From NCBI RefSeq assembly GCF_009914755.1, contig NC_060935.1: 64,000 bases of DNA; one strand, 5' to 3'. The notes under the pieces are model-generated. The model saw nothing but the letters and a program-made list of their open reading frames with translations. It had not been told where the DNA came from and made no database searches. The stretch comes from the human T2T-CHM13v2.0 reference genome, Homo sapiens. Positions within the stretch are counted from its first letter, which is position 1; each line of letters starts with the position of its first letter. The position numbers were made by a program, and so were the translations under genes. Shown here piece after piece: positions 14,210-28,248 of the stretch.

Positions 14210-14795
14210 TTATTTTTACTTCTGCCCAAAGTCATAATCAAGAAAAACCAAAGCATCCCCTCTCCACCTCCACTTCTGTTGTTTTTAGAACAGAATACTT
14301 TAGAAAATTCTACAACTCTCTGCTTCATACTAACACTGTCTTGCCAGAGTGCAACTCTAGTGTTTTCAGAGTCGGTTTATGGCCTAACCCTGTTCTGAAG
14401 GCAATGCCTGATATAGAAAGCAGGCCCAACTCATCAAATGTTGCTTTCGTTTTCCTGGGTCCAGGGCTAGAGCCTCGGGTACTGGACCAAGCCTCTGCCA
14501 TAAATCTGAACAATTCATAAACACATACACATACAGCCTCAAGAAACTCAATAAGCAGTGAAAGCAGAGTTTCTTGCCACAGTTAGAACTCAAGAACACT
14601 ACTTCCTTCTCCTCCCATCTCTGCTCCAGAGCATAAATAACACAGTTAGTGTTTATAAAAAGAGGTTAAAATGCAACTCATTCAAACTGCCAGTAATTAC
14701 AAAACTGATCTCTTAAATTCTAAATGTTTAGTGAGCATCAGCGATTTTGCCTCTAATTGCTTTACCTAGGACTCCCAGTTGGACAGAATGCCTTA

Positions 14796-15032
<237 letters not shown>

Positions 15033-15229
15033 TTATTTTTTGATGATCAGTGTGTTAGGAGGATTACTCAGTACAGGTCATTAATTTTCAGAAATGTCCA
15101 GTCCCAGAGTCCCTTAATGGAAACTGGAAATTTAGAACCCAAAGCTTTTCTCTTTGGTGGGGACTGAGAGGGTGTTTTCCGCTCTGCGCTCAGAAGTTTT
15201 TTCTGAGTGTTTCCTTTCAAATTTGGTAC

Positions 15230-15308
15230 CTGAGTTCTACTTTGACCTCTTCCCCCAGCCCACGGGAGAAAGCTGAACCCTCTCTGGATACAAAACCCTA
15301 CCTAAGAA
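15230..15308 (-). other. TMEM218: Candidate short 5' UTR exon of TMEM218
   Basis: Donor-like CAG|GTACCA at 15230/15229 and pyrimidine-rich AG acceptors near 15303 and 15310; boundaries uncertain. Confidence 0.35.
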
Positions 15309-15629
15309 CTGGTAGAAGACACCAGGGCATGGGAACTCCAGGGCCAAAGCAGAAGTTGAAGCTCTCAGGTTAAATCCATGGTGTGAGCTGTGACTCACCA
15401 GGCAATGGATCACAAGACAGAAAGTTCCCACTCTGTTGTCGAGTTCTTATTCAAGAGGACGAAAACTCCCAGTCCTTAAAGAAGAGGAACAGCCATCACT
15501 ATTTTTGAACATTCACTGTGTGCTAAGTGCCGTACAAACATATCTCATTGAATCCCGGAGCGAAGCTTCTGAGAAAGGTATTACTATAGCCATGTTACAG
15601 GATGGGTAAGTGAGATATAAGCGCGATGG

Positions 15630-16398
15630 GGTATCTATTAGTTTCCTAATTAGCAGCTCAAAATAGAAATTTATTTTCTCACAGGCCAGCAATCCAAAAT
15701 AAAGGTGTCAGCAGGGCTGTGCTCCCTCCAAAGGCTCTAGGGCAGGGGTCCCCAACCCCTGGGCCATGGACTGGTACTGGTCCATGGCCTTTTAGGAACT
15801 GGGCCGCACAGGAGGAGGTGAGCAGCAGGCAAGCCAGCCTTACCACCTGAGCTTCGCCTCCTGTCCTATCAGTGGCAGCGGCATTAGGTTCTCACAGGAG
15901 CACGAACCCTAGTGTGGACTGCACGTGCGAAGCATCTAGGTTGCAGGCTCCTTATGAGAATCTAATGCCTGAAGATCTGAGGTGGAACAGTTTCATCCGG
16001 AAACCACCCCCCTGCATCCCCCTGTGGAAAAACTGTCTTCCATGAAACCAGTCCCTGGTACCAAAAAGATTGGGGATCAGTGCTCTAGGGGAGAATCTTT
16101 CCCTGCCTCTTCCATCTTCTGGTAGCTCCAGGCACCATTCACTGGCTTTTAACTCACAACTCCAGTCTCTGCCTCCATCTTCCCATGGCATTCTCCTGTG
16201 TCTGTCTTCACATTTTCTGTCTCTTATAACGGTACTTGTCATTGGATTTAGGGTCTGTACAAATAATCTAGTATTATCTTGAGATGCTTAACTTAATTAA
16301 ATCTGCAAAGACCCTTTTGTCAAACAAGGTCATGGTCACAGATTCCAGGGGTGAGGATGCGGACATATATTTTTGGGGACCACCATTCAACTCACAGC
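15630..16398 (-). mobile_element. MaLR LTR (MLT1B/C-like) interrupted by MER1B
   Basis: aaatagaaatttattttctcacag, aaggtgtcagcagggc, aatctgcaaagaccc...caaacaaggtc motifs either side of the insertion. Confidence 0.75.
15743..16082 (+). mobile_element. MER1B-like hAT-Charlie non-autonomous DNA transposon
   Basis: 340 bp, caggggtccccaacccc...ttggggatcagtg termini, perfect 8-bp TSD CTCTAGGG (15735-15742 and 16083-16090). Confidence 0.9.
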
Positions 16399-16989
16399 AG
16401 AGGAACAGCACACCACACTACCTCTCCTGGTTTTCCTTTTCAGCATTGGAGACAAGTCTTAAGCAAACACATTCCTCTAGGTTGCTGGTTTTCTTTACCC
16501 TTATGGTTTAAATACCACGAAAATATTAGCTATGAGAAGTTATAAAGTTATTGGAAAGGAGGGTCTAAGCATGAACTGGTAAAAAAAATACGTTTATTGA
16601 ATCAACATTTATGATGTTCCCACCATGTAAAGCACTGCGCTACAAGCTGGGGATGCCAAAGGTGAATAAGATATCTTCTGACAGAAGCTCAAGGTCTATT
16701 GGAGAACATTGTCCTGAAAACAAGTGTCCATATTACATTCTGATTAATGGTAAAAGCGAAGTGCAGTGGGAACTGCAATAGTGAGAGGGGCTTTACAAAG
16801 GAAATACTCTGCACAGGCACATTTAGGAAAGAATCAGAGTGAAAAGATGACAGAGTGAGGGGAGATGGGACCTGGGGCCCACCTGCATGCCTAACTTCTC
16901 TGGGGAGCAGTCTGTCCTCATTAGGGCCACATGGGCGCCATCTCGGTCACTCTAACACGCCCGGGGTTTCCCCATCTCTGGGTCTTTGT

Positions 16990-17355
16990 ACTTGCTGTTT
17001 CCACTGCCTGGAACTAGCCCTCAACCCCAAGCACTCCTGCTACTATTTGTAGGACTGGCTTTCCTCAGCCTTCTGATTTCTGCTTAAATGTCACTCTTCA
17101 GTGAGGTCTTCCCCGAGTGTCTTCTCTAAAGTAACCCCTCAAACACTGACTCTCCATCACTCTATTTCCTTCAGAGCATTTTTCACAAAACTAGTTAATA
17201 TTTTCATTTATTTGTTTACAAGTTTATTTTCTGTCTGTCCAACTAGAATAGTAAACTCCACGAAGGCAGAGACCTGATATCTTTCTCACTGTGGTAACCC
17301 CAGTTCTTAGCACAGAGATTATGCACAACAAGTATCTGTGGGAGGAATAAATGAC
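16990..17355 (+). mobile_element. L2 LINE 3' end
   Basis: cttaaatgtcact, ctagaatagtaaactccacgaaggcag, cttagcacag and aataaatga end motifs. Confidence 0.75.
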
Positions 17356-17429
17356 ACAGTGCTAACAAGTCCACAAACATCAGGTGAGGGAGTGAAAGGA
17401 TCATATGGAGTTTTAGAAAGATGACTGTA

Positions 17430-20400
17430 ACCTCTGGTCAATATGCTGGATGGAAGTTAACAAGGGAAGTGCCTCATACAACAGCAAACACATAAATGTT
17501 CAATAAAATAGAACAAGAAGAATTTAGTACACAGCAGAGCTCGAAAGCAATAAAGAAAAATCATTAAGTGCTATAAAAAAATGTAACTCAAGGCCTGAGC
17601 TGAGCCTAAAAGTCTACGAGGGTCCTGGTGCCTGATACAGACCTTCAGGGTGATTCTCTTCAGGGCAGATAAGGTCTCAAGCCCACGATGGCAAAGAACT
17701 AGCAATGAGAACAATGCAGAAAGCTGGGCCCTCACAGGATTGACCAGTTTTTGAAATAGGGTCTAAATAATTTGCTACTGACTTAGTTGGAAGGAAGCTG
17801 GCTGAGTGCTTCAGGCCACAGGTCAAAAAACAACAGCCCAAGAGAAATCTGAATCCCCACCTCACATCATATCCATGTGTGAGATTCAATACTACCGATG
17901 TGATATGGGAATCCCAAATAGAAAGATTAACATGAAAACTAGACTAAAAGTGAGAACCCATTGGATCCCAGCAGAGACAAAACTAAACCCACAGGCTGGC
18001 ATGCAAGACTCCCTCAAGAGTAAGTGTAAAACAAAGATGTTTTCAGACATACAAAGGGTGAAATGTAGTACACCTCTCAAGGATCCTCAGTGAAAGGGCT
18101 ACTCAGAGACATACTTCAGCAAGAAGGAAAATGAACCAAGAAAGGAGGTATGAGATACAGGAAGCATGGTGAGAAAATTATTAAGAAATATTGACAGTAA
18201 AGATTTCTGTAATAATGACAATTTTTGAGGGGTTAAAAATCAGAAAGGACTAAATATTACTCAACAGTTATATGGTAGATGGAAAAGGATAGTTCAAAGT
18301 TAAAGCATTCTACAGTGATTTTGTTTTGGAGGAGGTATATGTTTTTTAAGCTAAGTACACAAGTTAAAAAAACATACAGGTAAACAGCAAGCAACAGAAA
18401 TAGAAAAAATAGCTTCTATACTAGTAAAGTGAAAAAAAAATAAAGAAAACAGAAAGTGGGGCAAGGGTCAGTGGGTGTGAGGTGGGTGGCAGAACAAAGA
18501 ATACGCAAGGAAAATGGAAAATACAAAATAAGATTGTAAAAATAAACCCAAATACAACAGTAATCATAGTACATGGAAACATTATATTTGACTACTAAAA
18601 GAAATTCTCTTAGATTTTTCTTTTTAAAAATAGCTGTGTACAAAAGCTCTACAGAAAGTATAATGAGAGGCTGAAAATAAAGAGATTGAGAAAGACATGC
18701 AAAGCAAATATTAACAAGACAGAAACCAGGGAAGGAGGGAATAGGGAGATGGTGAATGAGTATAGAGTTTCAGTTTTGCAAGATGAAAGCATCTTGGAGC
18801 TCTGTTTCACAACACTGTGAATATACTTAACACTGCTGATCTGCGCTCTTAAAAATGGTTAAGACAGGAAATTCTGTTTTTTTGTTTTTGTTTTTGTTTT
18901 TTTATAAGCCACAGTTGAAAAAAAACCAAGTGAAACAAAATAAAATATAAGCTATGAAGCAATATTAGTACCAAGCAAAACAGATGTAAAGCTCTGAAAA
19001 ATATTAAGAACAGTGACAAAAGGAACCATTCAGTAAAAAGATACAACCTGAAACAAATGTGAACCTAACAACAAAACCTCCAAATATATAAAGCCAAAAC
19101 TGACAGAAGTACTACAATAAATGTATAAAACCACTAATTTAGCAGGAGATTTTAATATATGTCTCAGAAACTGATAGATCAAGCAGATAAAAAAAGAATA
19201 AACACTTGAGAAAGAGGATACCTGAATGAGAATAAATATGTAAAAAGGTGCTCAACTTCATTAGTCATCCGGAAATTGCAAATGAAAACCAAATTCAGTG
19301 CCTTCATATACCCACCAGAATGGCTAACATGAAAACAACAGACAACAGCAAGTGTTGACAAAGATGTGGAGTAACTGGAACCCTCATATACGGCTGGCAA
19401 GGGCCATAATTTGTTAACCACTGCTTTGGAGACTATTGGCAGTATCTAATAAAGCTAAATATAAATGCATCCTACATCCAGCTCTTCTATTCTTAGGTGT
19501 ATTCCCAACAGAAATGCACACCTAAATTCAAAAAAAAGACATTGCAGCCCTACCTGAAATAGCTAAAACCTTAAACAATCCAAATATCTGCCAATAGAGT
19601 GGATATAGTACTCTACAATCTATTCATTCATACAGTATATAAAGCATTATGTAGTATAAAGCAATGAGAATAGTATAAAGCAATGAGAAAGAACACACTA
19701 CAACTATACTCAACAATGTGGATGAATTTCACAAATATTAAATGAAAAAAGCTAGAGGCTAAAGAGTTCATAGTATATGAGTCCATTTATATAATGTTCA
19801 AAACAGGTCAAACTAATTTTAGGGGCTGGAGGTCAGGCGTATGGTTGGCTTGTGAAACATAGTGACTGTAGGAGGTTCAGGGAGATGCTGATAAAATTCT
19901 GTTTCTTGATCTGGGTTTTGTTCACCTGGGTTTGTTCATACGGTGATGTTGTATCTAACCATGCACTTAGGATTTATATACTTTTCTGTATGTGTATTAC
20001 CCTTCACTAAAATGTTTACAGAAAGAATATTAAGAGATGTATCAGCCACGTGTAGTATATGGACCCTTATTTGGTCCTGATTCGAACGAAGCATTGCAAA
20101 AACCTTTTATGAAATGATTGGGGAAATCTGAAGAATATTCAGATATTTGATAATATTATGAAATTACTGTTTGTATTTTCAGTGAAAAAACACTATTAAA
20201 AAGATGATATTATTATATTGTTAAAAGATTATTTATGATAAAGATATATGCATACACACGTAGCACATTACAGATAACAGAAAAGGGTTTCTAGGAGCTT
20301 TCTATTACCTCAGTGAGAGGAGGTGAAGGGGCTGACATGAAACAAGACTGGTCATGAGCTAGTTGTTGAAGCTGGGTGATGAGTGTGTAGATGTTTGCTA

Positions 20401-22250
20401 GCCTATTTTCTATATTTCTGAATATATTTTAAACTTTCATAATAAAAAGATGTGGATATGTGTATATATATATATATCTGCATAAATATGAATATAAAAG
20501 ATGAGTAAGATTTGTATAGCTAAAATTATAAAACTTTATCAAAGACAAAAAAAAAAAAAAGAGAGAGAGAGGACCTGAATAAAGAAATAAAGCAGACCTG
20601 AACAGAGAAATAACCTGTGTTCCCGGATGGGATGGTTCAATTAAAAAAATCTCAATTTTCCTTAACCTATAAATTCAATGCAATCCTAACCAAAGTCTAA
20701 AAACAATTTTTTGTGGAACTTGAAAACGGATCCTAAATTCATATGGAAGAGCAAAAACCCAAGAATAGCCAAAACAATTTTGAGAACTAGGATGGCAACT
20801 TGCCTTTCTTGTTACCAACTGCCGCAAGACACATTGAAAAACCAAAGTAATTAAAACAGTGTGATAGTGGCACAAAGACACATGGCCCAGTGGTATAAAA
20901 TCAAGAACCCAGAAACAGATCCATGCATTTGTGAGAACTTCCTACAGCACAGAGTTGGCTTTATGATTCAATGGGTAAAGAACTTCATAGATAGTGTTGG
21001 GACAAATGATTCTCCAATAGGAAAAGAATAAAACTAGATCTCTATATGATATACAGAAGTTGATTTTAAATGGAAAGTAATTCGTAATGAAATAGCATAT
21101 GTTTAAATATACAAATGTTCAGGCTGACTACACTAGAATACATAATGAAGTACAGTAGTCAGATGCTTGCACCTAAACTTAGAATCACCATGAATGCAAA
21201 AGCTTCAAATGCAGACTATGCAGGTGTGTTGTTCTGGCAACTCAAATACCACGAGCTGTGCTGCCTTCAGTTATGTGATTTGCTAGAGTGATGAACAACT
21301 CTTGTTAAAGTTCCAAACCACAAATAAGTATAATTTTCCTCTGATTTACATTAGAGTTGCATTCCTGGAAATTTTACTATATTAAACTGTGCCAAAAAAT
21401 ACATTATGTTTATACAAAAACCGGAGTTAGGCTCTACACTCAGATAATTATAAATGAGTATCCTGTGGGATACTCAAAAGTTGCACAGGATGCAGGACAA
21501 TTCTTCGTTGTGAGGACTGTCCCATACATTACAGAACATCCAGTATCCGCAGTCCTGATCTGTAAACCCCAGTAGTGCCTCCAATCAAAGAATAACAAAA
21601 TACATCTTCACAAATTCCAAAACACCCTAAAACGGGCAGCAACATCTTCTTGGGGAACCACTGTTCTAGACACAGTCTTGCATAAAGAGACATGTACAAG
21701 GTGTTTATTGCAGCTTTGTTTACAATAGCAAAACATCAGGAAAAAACCTAAATGTCCATCAATCAGGGAACAGATACAATATTATATATTCATAATGAAT
21801 ACTTAAAATGAATGAAATTGATCTATATGTATTGATGTGAATATATCTCAAAAACAATGTTGAGTGACAAAAACAAGTTGCAAAATGGAACCCACAGTAT
21901 GATACTACTTGTATTTTTAAAATTAAATACAATCTAAACAGTAATATATATTGTTTCTGACGAACGTATATACAGCAAAAGTATAAAAACATGGGCATAA
22001 ACGATACATGACAATTTCAAAAGACTATTTGCCTCTGCAGAGGGAGGAAGGAAAGGGAATGGGGTTAGGAGTGGAAATAAAAGGGACCTGAACTAAATCT
22101 GTGATGTTTTATTTCTTTAAAATAAAAAACTTGAGCTGGTGTGCCAAAATGTTAATATTTATTAATCTGATTGGTGGAACATAGATATTATACTACCCAA
22201 TGTACTATTTTCTGTTTTTAAATTTTTCGTGATAATTTTTAACTTTTAAA
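17430..22250 (+). mobile_element. Cluster of old, nested L1M fragments (with a MER20-like hAT piece near 21200-21665) in a TMEM218 intron
   Basis: A-rich strand with L1 ORF2/3' motifs: tcaacttcattagtcatccggaaattgcaaatgaaaacc, atcctaaattcatatggaa...aagaatagccaaaacaattttg, gtttcagttttgcaagatgaaa. Confidence 0.75.
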
Positions 22251-23505
22251 AAGGTAATGGGCAGCAGGATGCATATGAATTGGGTGACCAGTTAGGAAAC
22301 TATTGCAATTCTCCAGATAAGAGATGATGAGGGTCTGACCTCCAGTCTTAGCTGTGTCAAGGGAGAAGGTGTTAGAAATGACACAAGTTTCTAGCTTAGT
22401 TGACTGAGCTGATGGTACTGCTCTTAAGAAAACAACTATTTAAATTTAATTTGTGCTATTCTGGATATTACACAAATAACCCAGAAGACTTGGACCAACT
22501 CTAACAGTTAGAATAGAGGGCAAATGGTAGTTGAAGCTGGCTGGCACCATTAGAAATGTTGCCCTTCAATCCCCCTTAGTAGCTTAAGAGTTCGTGAGAC
22601 ATTGGATTTATATATGGTATGGCTTTAAAGTAATAAGATAAATATTCCCAAGCTCTTTTAAGAATGGAGCTCCTAATTTTATAAGCAAACTATACATTTT
22701 CTTACTAAGCATAGAAAAGAAGGGCTGGGTATAGTATAGAGTGCTGCTATAGAGGAAGAGAGAACATCTAGTCATTTTTATCTTATTTAAATGTGAGAAT
22801 AATATCTGCGATAATTTCCCATATTAGAATAGCTAAATTATTGAGTACAATACAATAAAATATAAAAACGGGTTCATGCCATCATTAAACCTTCTTTGAG
22901 AAGTGATGGCTTGGCCAACCCGATTTCAAGGGTAAGTCCATTTACTTAATATCTGTGGCATTTAAAGCAGGTAGACTGGAGTGAAAAAAAATAATTTAAA
23001 TTTGAACAGTTCAGCAGCTGACAACAAAAGCAACTACAGGGCTAATGTTTTCCTTCTGTGCTCAATGCTGTGAGGTTTTTCTCTGAGAGAGTTTGTTCAA
23101 AACCTTTTAGATGTGTGTGTTCATTTAATGGTTGTTTCTACATACCCTTTCATCCAGCTGTCAGAGAAAATAGGAATAAATGGACTGATCCCTGCACAGG
23201 TAACCTAATGGATTAAAAATACGGTACTCATCACCAGGTTGATCATCATGAGCGAGAATACTAACTGCCATTATAAGAGGACTTATAAGATGACTTACTA
23301 TCTAAGACAAATGTGGATTCCTCAGAGGGTAATGTGGCCTAAGTGCTGCTGCTGGAGGGAGATATCTCACCCATCCCCCGATTTTCACACTGACTCAAGC
23401 CCTTGAAAGCAACAGAAAACAGTGGGTTACAAGGAGTGAAGTGCTCCTCTGGAAGAGTCCTTTTCACTTTGCTTTATAGCTGTTTTCCAAACCTTCAAAA
23501 ATAAC

Positions 23506-23523
23506 GGGGGGGGGGGGGGGGGG
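23506..23523 (+). repeat. (G)18 homopolymer
   Basis: Direct reading of the sequence. Confidence 0.95.
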
Positions 23524-24059
23524 TTACTTTCACACTTTTATGTTTCTACTTTAAACACTTCACTATCTTTTGAATTTTAAAATATTAGAATAACGCCTCT
23601 ACCTTTGTAATTAGATAAAATGCAAGCCTGGGGAAAAAATCAGTTGCCAAGCTCCCAAAATGCCACCGATGTAGCATCTGCTCTTAACACGTTGATAGAA
23701 AAAGGAGGATCAGTAAACCTAGGTCTCTTCCTTGCATCCCTCTCCTGGACGGTGTTGTGGGTTGGAAGCGCTGCAGAGCCTCGGTCTATCCGCTCTCTGG
23801 ATCTCACAGCACTGCAGCCTGGGAACACCCCACTTGAACTCTAAGCTTCTCCCCAACCCTGTTGCAGATTCAAACTGGCGACAGGAAAACAATGCCCCCC
23901 ATGTCTCGTCTTCAGAATGTGCACCTGGCCACCTCCCAGGAGCTAGAGAGGGATTAAGGTCTCGGTCATAAGAGATCTGAATCAGGCACTGACACTTCCT
24001 TTTCTTAAGAGCATGAAACAAAACAGTCCTTCCTTCTCTGCCTCCAATTAAGTATTTAT

Positions 24060-24660
24060 TAGCCGGGCCTTGGGTCCAGATCAGCGGTAAGGGTGGTCTG
24101 CGAGGTCCGTGCACCGCCGTCCGCCCACGCCTTCTTCCAACCACCTCAGCCCGACCCTCCACTTTTCTCCCTTCCCCGCAGCCGCCCCGCTTTCCTCACC
24201 TCTGCCCCCTTCACCTGGATCCACTCTCCCCCAGGCTCTACTCACACCTCAGATTCCGGCGCGTTCCAGCCCACGGGGCTCTGGTTTACTTAGGGCGAAT
24301 CACAAGTGGGCTTTCATTTAGGTGATTTAAGATTCACTAATCAGCGTTGCTCTTTCAACGGCCAACTTCTTCCTCATTAGCTTACGCCTAGCGCGGCTCC
24401 CGGCAACGCCGAGCGCGGTGGGTTGGCTCGTCACCCTTCGTTACGCCCTCCGATTGGTCGGTGCCTGTCGGCCTTTGGACCGACCTCAGTTCGGTTGGGT
24501 AGCAGCGGTCCGAGCTGCACTCCCCGCCCCCCCGCCACTCCACTGTCAATCACACCATCTCTCCGTAACTCATTGGGCCATTGGTCAGTCTAGCCTGAGG
24601 GCGGGTTGTTGGGCGGAAGAGAGAGACTTCTTCCGGCCTCACTCGCTGTCACCATAGAGA
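24060..24660. promoter_or_regulatory. TMEM218: CpG-rich TATA-less promoter and first exon region of TMEM218, likely bidirectional
   Basis: High CpG density; ATTGG (CCAAT) at 24453, 24572 and 24580; GC boxes at 24522-24530 and 24599-24605; minus-strand donor-like motifs GTAAGC (24385), GTAAAC (24289) and GTGAGT (24245). Confidence 0.85.
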
Positions 24661-26182
24661 TTGCCCATCCAGGCAGCGAAGCAGCAGGGCCAGGCAGCTC
24701 AGATCTCGAACTCCAGAGAACTGCACAGTCATCTAGACATCAATGCCTTTTCCGGGGCCTGATGAACATCTCAATCCCCAACCCACTGGCTCGAGTGGGG
24801 CGCAAGATGTGGTGGACAAGTCAGCTCAGGCCCGGTCATTAAGTGTCCCCAACAACCCTCCTGGAGGGAACTGAGGACGAAGCACCAGTTGTAATAACGG
24901 CACGCTTCATTTATCTTTATCTCGACTTGTTTTATTTGGTATTTAATTCTTCCATTAGCCTTGCGAAACAGACAAAGGCAAAGATCATTCTACCCACGGG
25001 ACAGACTGGGGAAGAGGCCCAGGGTCCCTCAAGTAAACCCTCTGCCGCCAGGCTGCTGGAACTGGAGCTGGCCCACGCTATTGGCAGACTGCTGTTACCT
25101 AACTGCCAACTAAAGCTTGCCATGACTTTGCTTTGAGGCTATGGCCTGTTAGACCAAAAGATGCATCAATCAGGACAACCAAAGGAAGTAGGACAGAGGC
25201 TGCGTGCTCCACCACTGAATCAAGAAGGGGAAACAAACAATAATCAATACCAAATTGGAGAGCTGCACCGTTTGAACCTTTGACCTTAAACAAAATTTTA
25301 AGAAATATCATGAAGCAACCTATTCAATCTTAGAGCACTGAATCTCTGATTTAAGGAATTCTCCTGAATCACAGCTTTATGAACCAAAAAGAAGAAGATG
25401 CTTGAATTTCATCAACTGCACGTCTCAAATTTATTCAACTTTCGAGGCTTCATTTACAATCACATAAAGTAACCAATGATTTGTTGTGCGTTTAGCAACT
25501 TAACATTACTTGGCCCAGTGAGAAGCTCTGTGGCTAAGAAATCCTTTATTTTGATGAATTCATTTCACTGGAACTGAGTGTTGACTGCAGCTATGTTCTG
25601 TTAGGAACTGCGAAGATATACAAGAAATGAGATGTGACTCCCATCTTAATAGCCCGTGGTTTTGTAATGTTAGGTCAACAACACATGAAACAAGTAGGAA
25701 ACACTTTAAAGCAAGATATAACAATGGGCCAACCCTATTGTACAATTAATTTCTCCAAAATATAATAATACTTCATATTTGCAGAACATTTCGTAGTTTC
25801 CAGAGCACTTCTTCCCTTGTATTATTTGGGGGATATTTTGTTATGGCTGGAATTAATGTGTGTGTCTTTATCATAGAGCTAGAACTAATGCTGGGTCCTA
25901 GCATATGAGTAGGAACAGGAAAGGTGGAACAGAATCCAGGAGGAGAAAGTAGTTTGAGCAAAGAGGCCAAGGCAAGAATGAGCACTGAGTATCTGGAGAA
26001 TAATATGGAGACAAATGATGGAAAGTAATGTGTAGACAAGCTGGTCAGAACTGGCTCTGAGACCTTAATATTTTGGAGGAAAGTGGTCAAAAGTTCAAAG
26101 TTTGAGATTGGAAAAGTTAACTTCCTTACACTTCTAATGATCATACTGGCTTCAGTTAAGCTATAAATTAAAAATGGGCATG

Positions 26183-27614
26183 GCTCAACAGAACTTGAGT
26201 CCTGTCCTCTCGCTTTTCTCCTTAGGCAGCATGAGCTTCACCATTTGCTTTACCACCTCCACCAACTACCAGTCCCTGCATTCCATCCAGCCACACAGCC
26301 ACAGCGTCCAGTTCATCAGCAGCACAGCCAAAGTCTATGCAGTCCTCAGGGGCTTGGGCTCCCGGACCTCAGTGTCCTTCTCCACCAGCTTCTGGGGTGG
26401 CTGGGGGTCTGGAGGCCTGGCTGCAGGGATGCCAGGGGTCTGGAAGGAATGGGGTACATCCAGAATGAGAAGGATACCATGCAAGGCCTGAATGATTGCC
26501 TGGATTTCCTACCTGGACAGAGTGAGGACTCTGGTGACCAAGAGTCAGAGGCTGGTGAGCAAAATCTGAGAGCACTTGGAGAAGAAGAGACCCCAGGTCA
26601 GAGCCTGGGGGCATTACTTCATGACCATCAAGGACTTGAGGGCTCATATCTTTGCAAATTCTGTGGACAATGCTTGTGTTGTTCTACAGATTGACAATGC
26701 CCGTCTTGCTGCTGATGACTTTAGAGTCAAGTATAAGACGGAGCTGATCATGTGCCTGTCTGTGGAGAGCAACGTCCGTGGGCTCCACAAGGTCACTGAT
26801 GACACCAATGTCACTCGGCTACAGCTGGAGACAGAGATGGAGGCTCTCAAGGAGGAGCTGCTCTTCATGAAGAAGAACCAAGAGAAGGAAGTAAAAGGTC
26901 TACAAGCCCTGATTGCCAGCTCTGAGTTGACCATGGAGGTAAATGCCCCCAAATCTCAGGACCTCAGCAACATCATGGCAGACCTCCCGGCCCAGTATGA
27001 TGAGCTGGCCCAGAAGAACTGAGAAGAGCTGGACAAGTACTGGTCCCAGAAGACTGAGGAACACACCACAGTGGTCACCACGCAGTCCACCAAAATAGGA
27101 GCTGCTGAGACAACATTCATGGAGCTGAGATGTATAGTTCAGTCCTAAGAGATCAACCTAGACTCAATGAGAAATCTGAAGGCCAGCCTGGAGAACAGCC
27201 TGAGGTGGGTGGAGGCCCGCTATGCCATGCAAATGGAGCAGCTCAGTGGGGCCGTGCTGCACCTAGATTCAGAGCTGGCACAGGCCCAGGCAGAAGGGCA
27301 GCACCAGGCCCAGAAGTATGAGGCCCTGCTGAACATCAAGGTCAAGCGGGAGGCTGAGATTGCCGCTACTACTACTACTGCCGCCTGCTGGAAGATGGGG
27401 AGGACTTCAATTGTGGCGATGCCCTGGACAACAGCAACTCTATGCAAACCATCCAAAAGACTGTCCAGGATAGCGGATGACAAAGTGGTGTCTGAGATCA
27501 ACAACACCAAAGTTCTGAGGCGCTGAGCCAGCAGAAGCAGGGTACACTTTGGGGAGCAGGAAGCCAATAAAAAGTTCAGAAGTCATTGGATGTCAAAAAT
27601 AAATTGGTAAGTAA
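26183..27614 (+). pseudogene. KRT18P59: Full-length processed pseudogene of keratin 18 (probably KRT18P59; number from memory)
   Basis: Intronless KRT18 homology from MSFT.. (ATG 26231) through QIDNARLAADDFRVKY and YEALLNIKVK to TKVLR* (27526). Several frameshifts and stops (e.g. TGA 27020-27022), AATAAA at 27566, degraded A tail, TSD AAAAATGGGCATG / AAGAATGGACATG at a TT/AAAA site. Confidence 0.93.
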
Positions 27615-27915
27615 AAGAATGGACATGAATGAGGAAGTACTCCAAAGTTTTTTACGTCTTCCTGAATGGATATAACATTATTAGGTTTTCTCTCTCTTAA
27701 GAGGGGATCCACCTCCCAAGTACTCCCCAAATGCACCCCTTAACTAGGAGCAGGGTGTTATTAATAGTTTTCTGATTAAATGATATCATATCCTCTCAAT
27801 GAGATTGAGAGAAGTGCCGTCATCATAGTGCTTCATCTTTGCTGTCTCAGAATCAAAACTGTGTCCCTCACTCTAAAAAAGACTGATTATTTGATCATCT
27901 AATTTTTCTCTTTTA

Positions 27916-28248
<333 letters not shown>

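Noticed and set aside
15762-15789. Hairpin GGCCATGGAC..GTCCATGGCC
   Set aside because: Intrinsic internal palindrome of the MER1 element, not a separate RNA gene.
26576-27526. 148-aa and 119-aa keratin ORFs as a functional keratin gene
   Set aside because: Intronless, broken by multiple stops and frameshifts, with TSD and A tail: a processed pseudogene.
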